DNA from: Minisyncoccota bacterium
GTDB lineage: Bacteria > Patescibacteriota > Minisyncoccia > Phycocordibacterales > UBA2100
Direction: 5' to 3'
DNA length: 64,000 bases
NCBI GenBank assembly: GCA_043780835.1
Contig: JAYWCB010000010.1
Location: 2,845 to 66,844, forward strand
Below are positions 20,463 through 29,860 of the stretch, piece by piece. Numbering within the stretch: the stretch's first letter is position 1; each line of letters begins with the position of its first letter. The notes under the pieces are model-generated. The model was given only the letters and a program-made list of their open reading frames with translations. It searched no databases and was not told the origin of the DNA. A program made the translations under genes and the position numbers.

Positions 20463-22703
20463 ATGCGCATGAAAGACCGGGCAAAAGAGAAGTCTAAAAA
20501 AAATAACAAGAAGAAAACTGACGAGCTTCAATCCGCGGTGAGTGTGATTAGTAACGAGGCACTCCGTGGAGTGATCGCGATTTTTCTTTTTGCCATTTCA
20601 GGCTTTTTGATTTTGGCTCTTGCCGGTGTGGGGGGAACAGCAGGCGCATCGCTCTATCATGGTCTCTCGTGGCTTCTGGGCGTGGGTTATTTGCTGCTAC
20701 CACTCTCGATGATGATGCTCGCCATTCTTATTTTCCGCTCACTTGAGCGAAGTGTTTCGTGGGTCCACGTGATATCGATGGCAATATTTTTACTCTCGGC
20801 GCTCGGACTGATTTCGCTCGTGTATCCGATGGCCGGCGGTATTTTGGGAAATGCGATTTCTGCGCCGATTGTGTCTGCAGTGGACACGATCGCAACCGTT
20901 ATTTTTCTACTCGCATTTGTGATCATGGCACTCGTGGTCGCATTTGATATCCATCTGGGCGAAGTGGTGCGCTGGTTCAAAGGCTTGGTAGGGCCGCAGG
21001 CAATTCAAGACGGGCTTGTGCCTGTTGCACTTGAAGACGTGCCGGTAACAGGAATGACGATGGAGCCGGAGCACGATGAACCGGCACCTGAAGTGGCACC
21101 GAAACGAGAAAAGGAGCCGGAGATTAGAAAGTTTACCGATAAGGTTTCGGACGAAGGTGGGTTCCCTATTATTGCCGCAACCGGCAGCACCTACACGCCG
21201 CCGCCCGCATCGCTTCTGGCAAAAAATAAAGGCAAGCCCGAAGTCGGCGACGTGAAGGCCAACATGAACATCATTAAGCGCACGTTGCAGAATTTTGGTA
21301 TTCAAGTGGAAATGGATGAAGCATCCATCGGCCCGACCGTGACTCGCTACTCGATGAAACCGGCAGAAGGAGTTCGCTTGGCGAAGATCGTAGCGCTGCA
21401 GAGCAACTTGGAACTCGCACTCGCTGCATCCCCTGTGCGAATCGAGGCGCCTATTCCGGGTAAGTCGTTGGTCGGAATCGAAGTGCCGAATATTTCCCGC
21501 ACGACGCTCGGTATGGGTCCGATTATTTCGGACGAAGGCTTTACGGGTTCGGATAAATCGCTCCTGATCGCGCTTGGCCGCACGATAACCGGCACACCGC
21601 TGTTTGCGGACTTGGCGCGCATGCCGCACATGCTGGTCGCAGGTACAACCGGCGCCGGTAAATCTGCCACGATCAATGATTTCATTATCTCGTTACTCTA
21701 CCGCTGCGGACCGGAGAAGCTGCGGTTTATCATGGTTGACCCGAAACGGGTTGAACTTACCCTCTACAACCCGATCCCCCACTTGCTCACGCCGGTGATC
21801 ACCGACGCGAAGAAAGCAATCCTTGCACTCAAGTGGCTCGCAAAAGAAATGGAACGACGCTACAACATATTGGAAGCGGAGCGTGTGCGCGATATCGGTT
21901 CCTATCACGACACCATTCTAAAGCCTGCACTTGAACGTGGTCCGGTAGACGGAAAGCCTATGCCGGAAGCGATGCCCTATATCGTACTCATCATCGACGA
22001 ATTGGCGGATATTATGACGGCCTATCCACGAGAACTCGAAGGCGGTATCGTGCGTCTTGCACAGATGAGTCGTGCGGTGGGTATTCACCTCATTCTCTCC
22101 ACTCAGCGACCATCGGTGAAAGTTATTACGGGTTTGATTAAGGCAAACATCCCTGCACGTGTTGCGCTTCAGGTGTCGTCGCAAATCGATTCGCGCACTA
22201 TTTTGGACATGGGCGGAGCGGAAACACTTCTGGGTGCCGGCGACATGTTGTTCTTATCGGGCGAAATGTCGAAGCCGAGCCGTATACAAGCGCCGTATAT
22301 TTCCGAAGCAGAGGTAAAAAGCGTGGTTGCCTATATTGCCAAGCACAACGAACCTACCCTCGCGACCACGATCGATATGGCAGATAAGGTTGCCGGTGGG
22401 ACTGACGCAATATTCTCGTCGATGATCGGAAACGATAGCGAAGAGGACGATGACGCGCTCTACCCTCAGGCTAAGCAAACGGTCATTGAAGCCGGAAAGG
22501 CCTCTACATCGTACTTACAACGCAAACTCGGTGTCGGATACGCTCGTGCCGCAAAGCTCATCGACATTCTTGAAGAGCGCGGCGTGATCGGTCCGGCAGA
22601 CGGTGCCAAGCCGCGTGAAATCATCGGCGCCGGTAATGCTGATGAACTCGCCAGAGAACCGGCCGAGGGTCAGCTCATTGAAGAAGATCCGCGAGAGAAC
22701 TAG
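20463..22703 (+). CDS. ftsK: DNA translocase FtsK/SpoIIIE
   Basis: N-terminal TM helices, Walker A GTTGAGKS, motor-domain motifs, C-terminal gamma-domain-like segment. Confidence 0.9.
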   Translation: MRMKDRAKEKSKKNNKKKTDELQSAVSVISNEALRGVIAIFLFAISGFLILALAGVGGTAGASLYHGLSWLLGVGYLLLPLSMMMLAILIFRSLERSVSWVHVISMAIFLLSALGLISLVYPMAGGILGNAISAPIVSAVDTIATVIFLLAFVIMALVVAFDIHLGEVVRWFKGLVGPQAIQDGLVPVALEDVPVTGMTMEPEHDEPAPEVAPKREKEPEIRKFTDKVSDEGGFPIIAATGSTYTPPPASLLAKNKGKPEVGDVKANMNIIKRTLQNFGIQVEMDEASIGPTVTRYSMKPAEGVRLAKIVALQSNLELALAASPVRIEAPIPGKSLVGIEVPNISRTTLGMGPIISDEGFTGSDKSLLIALGRTITGTPLFADLARMPHMLVAGTTGAGKSATINDFIISLLYRCGPEKLRFIMVDPKRVELTLYNPIPHLLTPVITDAKKAILALKWLAKEMERRYNILEAERVRDIGSYHDTILKPALERGPVDGKPMPEAMPYIVLIIDELADIMTAYPRELEGGIVRLAQMSRAVGIHLILSTQRPSVKVITGLIKANIPARVALQVSSQIDSRTILDMGGAETLLGAGDMLFLSGEMSKPSRIQAPYISEAEVKSVVAYIAKHNEPTLATTIDMADKVAGGTDAIFSSMIGNDSEEDDDALYPQAKQTVIEAGKASTSYLQRKLGVGYARAAKLIDILEERGVIGPADGAKPREIIGAGNADELAREPAEGQLIEEDPREN

Positions 22704-22733
22704 CGATGCCTCTACACACGAAATGACCTTGTT

Positions 22734-23003
22734 ATGTTCTACGTGTATGTACTCCAAAGTATGAAAGACAACAAGCTGTACACAGGCTACACAAACGATC
22801 TCAGGCGAAGATTCTCCGAACATAACCTCGGTCAGAACAAATCAACAAAACCTCGTGTCCCTCTCAAGTTACTGTATTACGAAGCATATTCATCGCAGAC
22901 TGATGCGCAGAATAGAGAACGCAACATAAAACATTCCGCAGGTGCCAGAACCGCCCTTAAACGTCGATTACCAGACAGTCTGCGATTAGGTCATTTCGTG
23001 TGA
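22734..23003 (+). CDS. GIY-YIG nuclease domain protein (stand-alone, 89 aa)
   Basis: YVYVLQS…KLYTGYTNDLRRRFSEHN matches GIY-YIG. Confidence 0.65.
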   Translation: MFYVYVLQSMKDNKLYTGYTNDLRRRFSEHNLGQNKSTKPRVPLKLLYYEAYSSQTDAQNRERNIKHSAGARTALKRRLPDSLRLGHFV

Positions 23004-23392
23004 CAGGTATGCTCCCCTACCGTGACGGAAGAATTACTCGAATTACAATCATTCTTTTCTTTCTTCTGATAGCCGGGTACGCGTATTTTGAAGCGCGAGG
23101 CGTATTGTATGGCCCGACCATCCACGTGGTATCCGGTGTCACACAGGTAACCGATCCATTTATATCTATTCAAGGAAAAGCAGAGCGCATCGCGGATCTA
23201 TCCATGAACGGTCGTCCGATTTCGGTTACCGAGGACGGTGCGTTTAATGAGCCGTACCTGCTCGCGCCGGGACTCAATCGCATCATGCTTGATGCGACCG
23301 ATCGCTATGGCCGCACATCGCAGCAAATTGTGGAGGTGGTGTATACACCGAGCTCCACCGGAGTAAAACCCGCGGTCCCGAACGCAACTTAG
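23000..23392 (+). CDS. membrane-anchored hypothetical protein
   Basis: N-terminal TM helix ITIILFFLLIAGYAYF. Confidence 0.35.
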   Translation: MTGMLPYRDGRITRITIILFFLLIAGYAYFEARGVLYGPTIHVVSGVTQVTDPFISIQGKAERIADLSMNGRPISVTEDGAFNEPYLLAPGLNRIMLDATDRYGRTSQQIVEVVYTPSSTGVKPAVPNAT

Positions 23393-23445
23393 AGCCTTAT
23401 AAGCGCCTCCTCAAGCCTGCAACGCCCGTAGGTACACCGTGCGTG

Positions 23446-23477
23446 TTGCCCCAGGCACAGAGGCGGTCTGTATGAAT
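23446..23477 (+). promoter_or_regulatory. putative recA promoter (TTGCCC, 17-nt spacer, TGTATGAAT)
   Basis: Read directly, about 50 nt upstream of the recA start. Confidence 0.3.
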
Positions 23478-23526
23478 ACCTCATGGGGTATACTCAATGC
23501 ATTACCCCAAAACACACACGCACGAT

Positions 23527-24597
23527 ATGGCATTCGGAACGAAAAAGGTAAAAGCATTGAAAGAAACGGGTACGGGCACCGATAAAGACATAGAGCGGGC
23601 GCTCGCCGAAATAAAAACAAAGTTCGGCGACGACTCCATTATGATGTTGGGCGCAACGCCCAAAGTAGATGTAAACGCCATCCCCACCGGATCGATCGGC
23701 ATTGATTGGGCGCTCGGTATTGGCGGTATCCCCCGCGGGCGTATCATCGAAATTTTCGGTCCTGAAAGTTCGGGCAAGACAACGCTCTCGCTCCATGCAA
23801 TTGCAGAAGCGCAGAAAAAAGGCGGCATCTGCGCGTTTATCGATGCGGAACATGCACTTGATCCTGAGTACGCAAAGAAAATCGGCGTTGATATTGCATC
23901 GCTGCTCGTATCGCAGCCTGACACCGGCGAACAAGCGCTCGAAATCGTGGAAAGTCTCGTGCGCTCGGGAAAAATCGATATCATCGTTATCGACTCCGTT
24001 GCAGCCCTCACCCCAAAGGATGAAATTGAGGGTGATATGGGTCAATCGCACGTGGGTAAGCAAGCGCGTCTTATGTCTCAGGCACTCCGCAAGCTGACTG
24101 CGATCGTGAGTAAAACAAAGACGGTTGTCATATTCATTAACCAGATCCGTATGCAAATCGGCGTTATGTTTGGCAACCCTGAAACAACGACCGGCGGTAA
24201 GGCGCTTAAATTTTATACCTCGGTTCGTATTGATATTCGTCGTATCGCACAGATCAAGAAAGGTGACGAAACCATGGGCGGGCGGCATCGTGTGAAGATC
24301 GTAAAGAACAAAGTGGCGGCACCTTTCCGCGCGGTTGAATTTGATATGTTGTACGGCGAAGGGATTTCACGCGAGGGCGAAGCACTCGCACTCGGCGAAA
24401 AGCTGGGCTTGCTCGAAAAATCATCGGGCGGTTCGTATGCCATTGGCGAGATAAAACTCGGGCGCGGCTATGACGCTGCCCGTACGTACCTGCGTGAGAA
24501 TAAGACCGTATTGAACGAGCTCCTCAAAAACATCAAAAAACAACTCAACGAGCACGGCATGAGTTCGAAGAGCTCGGGTGGAAGCGCAGACGAATAA
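23527..24597 (+). CDS. recA: recombinase RecA
   Basis: Classic RecA sequence (GPESSGKTT Walker A and others). Start taken at [13 protein letters not shown]. Confidence 0.95.
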   Translation: MAFGTKKVKALKETGTGTDKDIERALAEIKTKFGDDSIMMLGATPKVDVNAIPTGSIGIDWALGIGGIPRGRIIEIFGPESSGKTTLSLHAIAEAQKKGGICAFIDAEHALDPEYAKKIGVDIASLLVSQPDTGEQALEIVESLVRSGKIDIIVIDSVAALTPKDEIEGDMGQSHVGKQARLMSQALRKLTAIVSKTKTVVIFINQIRMQIGVMFGNPETTTGGKALKFYTSVRIDIRRIAQIKKGDETMGGRHRVKIVKNKVAAPFRAVEFDMLYGEGISREGEALALGEKLGLLEKSSGGSYAIGEIKLGRGYDAARTYLRENKTVLNELLKNIKKQLNEHGMSSKSSGGSADE

Positions 24598-24613
24598 ACG
24601 AAAGCGAGCAATT

Positions 24614-24937
24614 CTATACGAAGAATAAAGACCCCACGCTCTCGCGTGGGGTCGTGTCGTGTGGCAAGGGTATTCCCCTCCCCGGTCCGGGACCGCGTCT
24701 TGTGGATGTGTACATGCGAATCAGAATCGAAACTACCGCACAGAGGAACGTGATGCCGCAGGTAAATGCAGCAAGGAACATCCAAAATAGATAGATTGTT
24801 CCGGGGTCCTCAAAAGTGGAGCAGAGCGCAAACAGTAGAAACAAAGTCCCGAATGCTGCAGCAACGATACAATCGCTGAGATACGGTGATCCGCGATGAA
24901 ACAAAATTCTCATGTTCATCCTCCGATGATTGTCCAA
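24614..24937 (-). CDS. small hydrophobic membrane protein
   Basis: Two or three TM-like segments. Confidence 0.25.
   Translation of the reverse strand: MDNHRRMNMRILFHRGSPYLSDCIVAAAFGTLFLLFALCSTFEDPGTIYLFWMFLAAFTCGITFLCAVVSILIRMYTSTRRGPGPGRGIPLPHDTTPRESVGSLFFV
24630..24653 (+). terminator. hairpin after recA (gaccccacgctctcgcgtggggtc)
   Basis: Strong stem but a weak U-tract. Confidence 0.4.
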
Positions 24938-25001
24938 AAGCAGCCTACACTATGTCGTGCCGAGTGGACAATACTCATTATTTGGCTAGAATACGCGCAC
25001 T

Positions 25002-25574
25002 ATGGCAATGCTCGCATACAACGAAGTGCTCCCTAAGCGGATCATTATCATCGACGATGAACCCTACGAAGTGCTTTCTGCGTGGGTTTTTCGCAAGCAG
25101 CAGCGCAAGCCGGTCAACCAGGTGAAAATGCGCAATCTCAAGTCGGGCTCAATGGCCGAACACACCTTCCATGTTTCCGATAAAGTAGAGGAAGCCGATG
25201 TGGAAAATCGCGTGGCGATGTTTATTTACGAGCGCAACGGCGAATGGTTCTTTCATGAATCAAAAGACAAATCAAAGCGCTTTACCCTCTCAGCGGAGCG
25301 TATCGGTGATGAGAGCAAATGGCTCAAGCCCAACACTGATGTCGATGTGAAATGGTTCGACGGTGAGCCCATTCAAGTGAAAATCCCGATCAAGGTGGAT
25401 CTCAAGGTGACTGAGGCACCACCAAATACGCGCGGCAATACCGCGCAGGGCGGCAACAAGCTTGTGCAGCTTGAAACAGGTGCTGCGATTACTGTACCGA
25501 TGTTCGTAGAGACCGGCGACATCATTCGAATCAATACAGAAACGGGAGACTACGTCGAGCGGGTAACTAAATAA
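25002..25574 (+). CDS. efp: elongation factor P
   Basis: Aligns along its whole length to EF-P (DDEPYEV…KMRNLKSG…VETGDIIRINTETGDYVERV). Confidence 0.9.
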   Translation: MAMLAYNEVLPKRIIIIDDEPYEVLSAWVFRKQQRKPVNQVKMRNLKSGSMAEHTFHVSDKVEEADVENRVAMFIYERNGEWFFHESKDKSKRFTLSAERIGDESKWLKPNTDVDVKWFDGEPIQVKIPIKVDLKVTEAPPNTRGNTAQGGNKLVQLETGAAITVPMFVETGDIIRINTETGDYVERVTK

Positions 25575-25617
25575 TGCACATCTTCATACACGGAGCGAGG
25601 GCCTCGTTCGTGCTTTA

Positions 25618-26199
25618 ATGGTCTACATGCCAAACTCTACATCGCAAAATAAATTCCAGAGAGAATCGTGGTGGCCTACAATCGGCGCAATTGTATTGCT
25701 CATCATTATCGTAATTCTTGGCGCGTTTTCGTATCAGTCCTACGCACACAACGTGGAGCTCTCAGCTGAAAACGGCGGATTGCATTCTCGTATGAGTCAG
25801 CTGACGGCGGACAAGGACACGCTCACTACCCAAATCGCCGAGTCGATCAAAGAAATAGCAAAATTGAAATGCTTGGGTGTATGGAACGGCGAAGCCTGTG
25901 TTGCGCCGAAAGTCTCAATAGTCGCTGAGCCGGCATCGGGCAAATCTCCGCTTGCTGTTGTATTGAAGGTTCGTGCACCTCACTCCAAATATGCTATCGA
26001 TTTTGGTGATGGCTCAGCGACAGTCGCGAGCTTGGGCGCAGAATGCACACCTGACATTGAGAAACTTTGTACGTTTACGATCAAGCATATGTACAAATTC
26101 TCGAACGCCACGAGCAGTACATTCGTAGCAAAGATTACGTCTGAAGGAAAAACTGACGCTTCAACTGAAATCAAACTGACGGATAAACACGTCGAATAA
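25618..26199 (+). CDS. membrane-anchored protein with PKD-like domain
   Basis: TM helix, coiled-coil-like segment, PKD signature …PLAVVLKV…YAIDFGDGS…. Confidence 0.45.
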   Translation: MVYMPNSTSQNKFQRESWWPTIGAIVLLIIIVILGAFSYQSYAHNVELSAENGGLHSRMSQLTADKDTLTTQIAESIKEIAKLKCLGVWNGEACVAPKVSIVAEPASGKSPLAVVLKVRAPHSKYAIDFGDGSATVASLGAECTPDIEKLCTFTIKHMYKFSNATSSTFVAKITSEGKTDASTEIKLTDKHVE

Positions 26200-26222
26200 G
26201 AAACGCGTTCTCATTCAAAAGG

Positions 26223-26248
26223 AAAAACCGGCTTTCGCCGGTTTTTTT
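26223..26248 (+). terminator. intrinsic terminator (aaaaaccggctttcgccggttttttt)
   Basis: Downstream of the 25618..26199 gene. Confidence 0.7.
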
Positions 26249-26279
26249 ATTTTTGGATGTACGGAAGCACCCCACGTGT

Positions 26280-26343
26280 CGGCTTGCTACTGCAAGCCGC
26301 ACGCAGGCCCCATCTCGCGATCCCATTCGCCGTCGCGAATGGG
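26280..26343. repeat. copy of the dispersed hairpin element family (H2 hairpin, loop TACT, then H1 hairpin cccattcgc-CGTC-gcgaatggg)
   Basis: Same GC-CGTC-GC hairpin and flanks (cgat…ctccgattcc) as the elements at 57231, 57403 and 59875. Confidence 0.55.
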
Positions 26344-26395
26344 CCCCACGCTCCGATTCCTTCTGTCTTCATTCAAACACTTTGTGTTTGCGAAA

Positions 26396-26427
26396 TAAAA
26401 AAAGCCCGGTTGGGACCGGGCTTTTTT
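26396..26427 (-). terminator. intrinsic terminator of the rpsF-ssb-rpsR operon
   Basis: aaaaaaagcccggttgggaccgggcttttttt immediately after the rpsR stop. Confidence 0.75.
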
Positions 26428-26624
26428 TATTTCTGAATGTAAGGCAGAAGGCCCATAAATCGCGCGCGCTTGACCGCCGCTTCTACAGCTCGCTGCTGCT
26501 TTGCTGTAAGGCCCGTTCGCTTGCGACCCATTACGCGACCGTGTGGATTGACGAATTGCTTGAGCAAATCGATATCCTTGTAGTCGACGTGTTGGATGTC
26601 ATTCTGTGTCAAAATGTTTGCCAT
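26427..26624 (-). CDS. rpsR: 30S ribosomal protein S18
   Basis: …DYKDIDLLKQFVNPHGRVMGRKRTGLTAKQQR…. Confidence 0.9.
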   Translation of the reverse strand: MANILTQNDIQHVDYKDIDLLKQFVNPHGRVMGRKRTGLTAKQQRAVEAAVKRARFMGLLPYIQK

Positions 26625-26810
26625 ATCTTAGAGATTCTTAGTGAGCCTTGCGAGCTTAGAAGCTCTTAGACCCGTACACTTTTTTCTTACACTCGTACTT
26701 GTACCATGTACACATCTTTGGTTCAAGTGAATGTAGATTATGTGTATTTATAAGCGAATGTTGGAAAAAGTGGCCGGGTTAAGAATTTGTAATCGCTGCG
26801 CTCAACAATT

Positions 26811-27269
26811 CTAAAACGGAATGTCGTCCGGATTAATATCATCTTTCGGGTAATCAATACCAGGTCCGGCTGATGGTATAGGCGCCTCGTCCATGTCGTC
26901 TGACTGCTGACGAGAACCACCTGCGCTCCCACCCCCTCCACCTGAGGCTCGCGGACCAAATTGAACGGCGTCTGCAATCACTTCGGTGCGATATTTCTTT
27001 TCGCCGTTTTGCTCCCAACTGCGGGTTTGCATGCGACCTTCGACATATACCGAGCTACCCTTCTTGAGGTACTGATTGACCGTATCGGCAGTGCGACCGA
27101 AGACGACGACATTGTGGAAGTCGGTTTGCTCTTGCTTTTTGCCGTCGCGGTCTTTATAGGTGCGGTTCGTGGCAACGGAAAAATTGCACACATTCATGCC
27201 GCTCGGCAGCGCTCGCAATTCAGGATCGCGCGTCAAATTGCCGAAAAGCATTGCCTTATTGAGATACAT
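26811..27269 (-). CDS. ssb: single-stranded DNA-binding protein
   Basis: OB-fold SSB N-terminus, Gly-rich tail, acidic C-terminal DDIPF. Confidence 0.9.
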   Translation of the reverse strand: MYLNKAMLFGNLTRDPELRALPSGMNVCNFSVATNRTYKDRDGKKQEQTDFHNVVVFGRTADTVNQYLKKGSSVYVEGRMQTRSWEQNGEKKYRTEVIADAVQFGPRASGGGGGSAGGSRQQSDDMDEAPIPSAGPGIDYPKDDINPDDIPF

Positions 27270-27275
27270 AGATTG

Positions 27276-27791
27276 TTAGTCGGTGGTGATATCCGAGAGC
27301 GCCTTGTCGAGATCTTCTTCTGAAACAGGAGCGCTTTCCTCGTCAGGGCGTCGGGCAGTGGTCTTGATAGTGTCTGTTCGCTTCACTTCACGAAGCGTCG
27401 GTGCCTTGATACGAGCACGTGTTTCCTCACGAACAGTACGGAACACGATGTGGCGGAGAATGCTTTTGTGTGCCTTGAGCATGTCCTCGAGCGAGAGAGC
27501 ACTCCCCACAACGGCCTCAAATTTAATCCAGCCGAAGTATCCGCGGTCCTGCGACGCCCACTTGTCGCCTTCGCGAGAGTTCATGTCGTAGGCGAGCTTG
27601 GTCAAGACTGGTGCACCTTCGGCAATGAACGAGCCGCCCTGCTTTTCGATAAAAGCACGGATTTCGCCGACGACTTTATCGACGTTTTCTTCGGCAACGG
27701 TCGAAATGACATGGTAGCCGACCTCGTAAATACGGGTGGCTGCCGCGTCTTCTGCGGTGGTATCAACTGTCTTCACTGTTTCTTCGGCCAT
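27276..27791 (-). CDS. rpsF: 30S ribosomal protein S6 with acidic C-terminal extension
   Basis: RIYEVGYHVIS…KLAYDM… plus operon context. Start taken at MAEETVKT. Confidence 0.8.
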   Translation of the reverse strand: MAEETVKTVDTTAEDAAATRIYEVGYHVISTVAEENVDKVVGEIRAFIEKQGGSFIAEGAPVLTKLAYDMNSREGDKWASQDRGYFGWIKFEAVVGSALSLEDMLKAHKSILRHIVFRTVREETRARIKAPTLREVKRTDTIKTTARRPDEESAPVSEEDLDKALSDITTD

Positions 27792-27836
27792 ATCTTTAGT
27801 CGGCGTACTGTAGCACATTTAAGCCGTGAATCGCAA

Positions 27837-27937
27837 GGCCCGTTAGAGAACGCCCCGCCACGGGCGCGGCTTCAGCCGTTTTGAGGGCGACTTTTCTCTA
27901 ACGGGCCAAGTCCCGGCCCGTAGCATGGGCTTTTTTT
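27837..27937 (-). promoter_or_regulatory. structured rpsF leader: 14-bp inverted repeat (GGCCCGTTAGAGAA and its complement), followed by hairpin gcccgtagcatgggc plus T7
   Basis: Direct reading. The core CCCGTTAGA(G)AA is shared with the elements at 34061/34154 and 63124/63213. Confidence 0.5.
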
Positions 27938-27958
27938 GGTCTTACACTTAAGGCGGGT

Positions 27959-28456
27959 TTACAGTGTAATGAGGGTCTTGAAATTGCCGCGGAAACCTTG
28001 CCCTTCTCCACTCGACTCCTGCTGTTCGCCATGTTTCAAAACAAACGTGCCGTTTTCGTTAAAAATGCCGATTTCGTCTCCAGATCCAGCAAACCAACAT
28101 AATGCCCCGGATACCTCACCGTCGCTCAGTGTGCCGTTTGAACCGTCTATTTCGGTACAGCTCCCCTGATACGTGCCTGCATCGTGGCTTTTGCCATCCC
28201 AGGTCACGGTAACCCGCGTCTTTGGAGCGTCACTCGGTTTCGATGCGGCATTGCTTACAGGAGTGAACTTCCATGTAACTGCATGCTTTGCGACCGATGC
28301 ACTCGTGGATGCATCTGCTATCGGTCGTGTGTTTGCATTATCAGCCGCATAGGTCGGCAGCTGCTGTTGTTTGAACGCGGCGTTGTTGCCGTAGCCAGCG
28401 TATATACCCCCCGCTACGAGAATAAGGACCGCCGCGATGAGGATATTTTTATTCAT
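27959..28456 (-). CDS. secreted hypothetical protein
   Basis: Signal peptide MNKNILIAAVLILVAGGIYAG. Confidence 0.45.
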   Translation of the reverse strand: MNKNILIAAVLILVAGGIYAGYGNNAAFKQQQLPTYAADNANTRPIADASTSASVAKHAVTWKFTPVSNAASKPSDAPKTRVTVTWDGKSHDAGTYQGSCTEIDGSNGTLSDGEVSGALCWFAGSGDEIGIFNENGTFVLKHGEQQESSGEGQGFRGNFKTLITL

Positions 28457-28539
28457 ACCTGAATACTAAAGACATGCGCGTCAATTGCAAGGTAACAAAA
28501 AGACCGGCTGCCTCCTTCGGCAACCGGTCTAAAACAATG

Positions 28540-29811
28540 TTACGCAGCGTTCGTCTGTGGATGCGCTTCGCGATGTGCAATCTCAGCACAAAGCGCGAGC
28601 ACGTGAGCTGCACGACGTACATCTTCCACGCGCGGCGAGGTGGGTGCGACTCTTATATGCCGATTCATCGGATCGTTTCCGAGCGGAAACGCAGCTCCTG
28701 CAGGAGTCAGTTTCAGGCCGACACCAGTGGCAAGCTCAACAACACGCTGCGCACTACCTGTGTTCATTTCGAACGAAATGAAATATCCGCCTTCCGGCCT
28801 GCTCCACGTCGCGATCCCCTTGCCGGCGAGTCCTTTTTCGAGCTCTACGTACACCGCCTTGAACTTAGGTTCGAGGATCCGGCGATGGCGGTTCATATGT
28901 GCCTTGATGCCTGTGAGGTTCTTGAGGAAACGCACGTGCTGCATCTGCCGGAGCTTATCGGGTCCGATAGTCTGCAGCGCGAGCCGCTTGCGGTACCACG
29001 CGATATTATCTGCGCTCGATGCAAGCATTGAGATCGCGGCACTCGGGAACGTGACCTTTGAGAACGATCCGAACATCCACATACGGTCTTCGCGTCGTGC
29101 AAGTCGTGCAAACAACATCACGTCTTGCGCCGGATGGCGCAATCCAACGAGATCGTGGTGGGCGTACGCATTATCCCAGAAAACCCGGAATCGAGACGAC
29201 GCTTTCATGGTGGCGATCGCACGCGTTGTTGCGCGCGAATAGGTAATGCCAGTTGGATTCGAGAACTTCGGCATGCACCACATACCTACAATCGACGGAT
29301 CGCGTGCGACGTACGAACGCACAATCTCCATGTCGGGACCATTCTCATCGTGCAGCACCGGAATCATTTCAATGTCGTTGTCCTCGCAGATCTTGAAGTG
29401 TCGATCGTAGCCGGGTACAGGGCAGATGAAGCGGAGCTTTCCGTTCCATCCTCCATGCAACCTCATCTGCACAATGCAGTCGTGCATGATGTTGAGACTC
29501 GAATTTCCGAGCACAAGCGTATTTTTCGCATTGGTTCCGAGGTACTGGGCTGCAAGCTTTCGCGCTTCAGGTAATCCGTCGGGATACCCGTAGTTCAAAA
29601 GATTCATTCCATACTCCGAATCCGTACACGGATCATCAAGCATTTTGAGCGAGAGCGCAATCTGCTCGTCCGAGGGTTTTCCCCTTGTCATATCCAAATC
29701 TAACTTATCGGCCTTCAGGAGGTCATAGCGGGCGCGGAGTGCCGCCATATACTGCGCATTCGGACCGTTTGGGGTATCAAGCATCGTGGAACTCCTCATA
29801 TTTCGACACAT
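28540..29811 (-). CDS. PLP-dependent aminotransferase (fold type I)
   Basis: …FGSFSKVTF… lysine motif region; overall class I/II aminotransferase-like length and composition. Start may be the internal MLDTPNG. Confidence 0.5.
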   Translation of the reverse strand: MCRNMRSSTMLDTPNGPNAQYMAALRARYDLLKADKLDLDMTRGKPSDEQIALSLKMLDDPCTDSEYGMNLLNYGYPDGLPEARKLAAQYLGTNAKNTLVLGNSSLNIMHDCIVQMRLHGGWNGKLRFICPVPGYDRHFKICEDNDIEMIPVLHDENGPDMEIVRSYVARDPSIVGMWCMPKFSNPTGITYSRATTRAIATMKASSRFRVFWDNAYAHHDLVGLRHPAQDVMLFARLARREDRMWMFGSFSKVTFPSAAISMLASSADNIAWYRKRLALQTIGPDKLRQMQHVRFLKNLTGIKAHMNRHRRILEPKFKAVYVELEKGLAGKGIATWSRPEGGYFISFEMNTGSAQRVVELATGVGLKLTPAGAAFPLGNDPMNRHIRVAPTSPRVEDVRRAAHVLALCAEIAHREAHPQTNAA

Positions 29812-29860
29812 TGTCGTTGCCTACCCTGAACAAACCATAGTTGGCCATGTGTGTAAAGAA

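Noticed and set aside
20907-21629. 240-aa Cys/Arg/His-rich minus-strand ORF
   Set aside because: It is antisense to the ftsK motor domain and has an implausible composition.
23494-24288. 264-aa minus-strand ORF
   Set aside because: It is antisense to recA.
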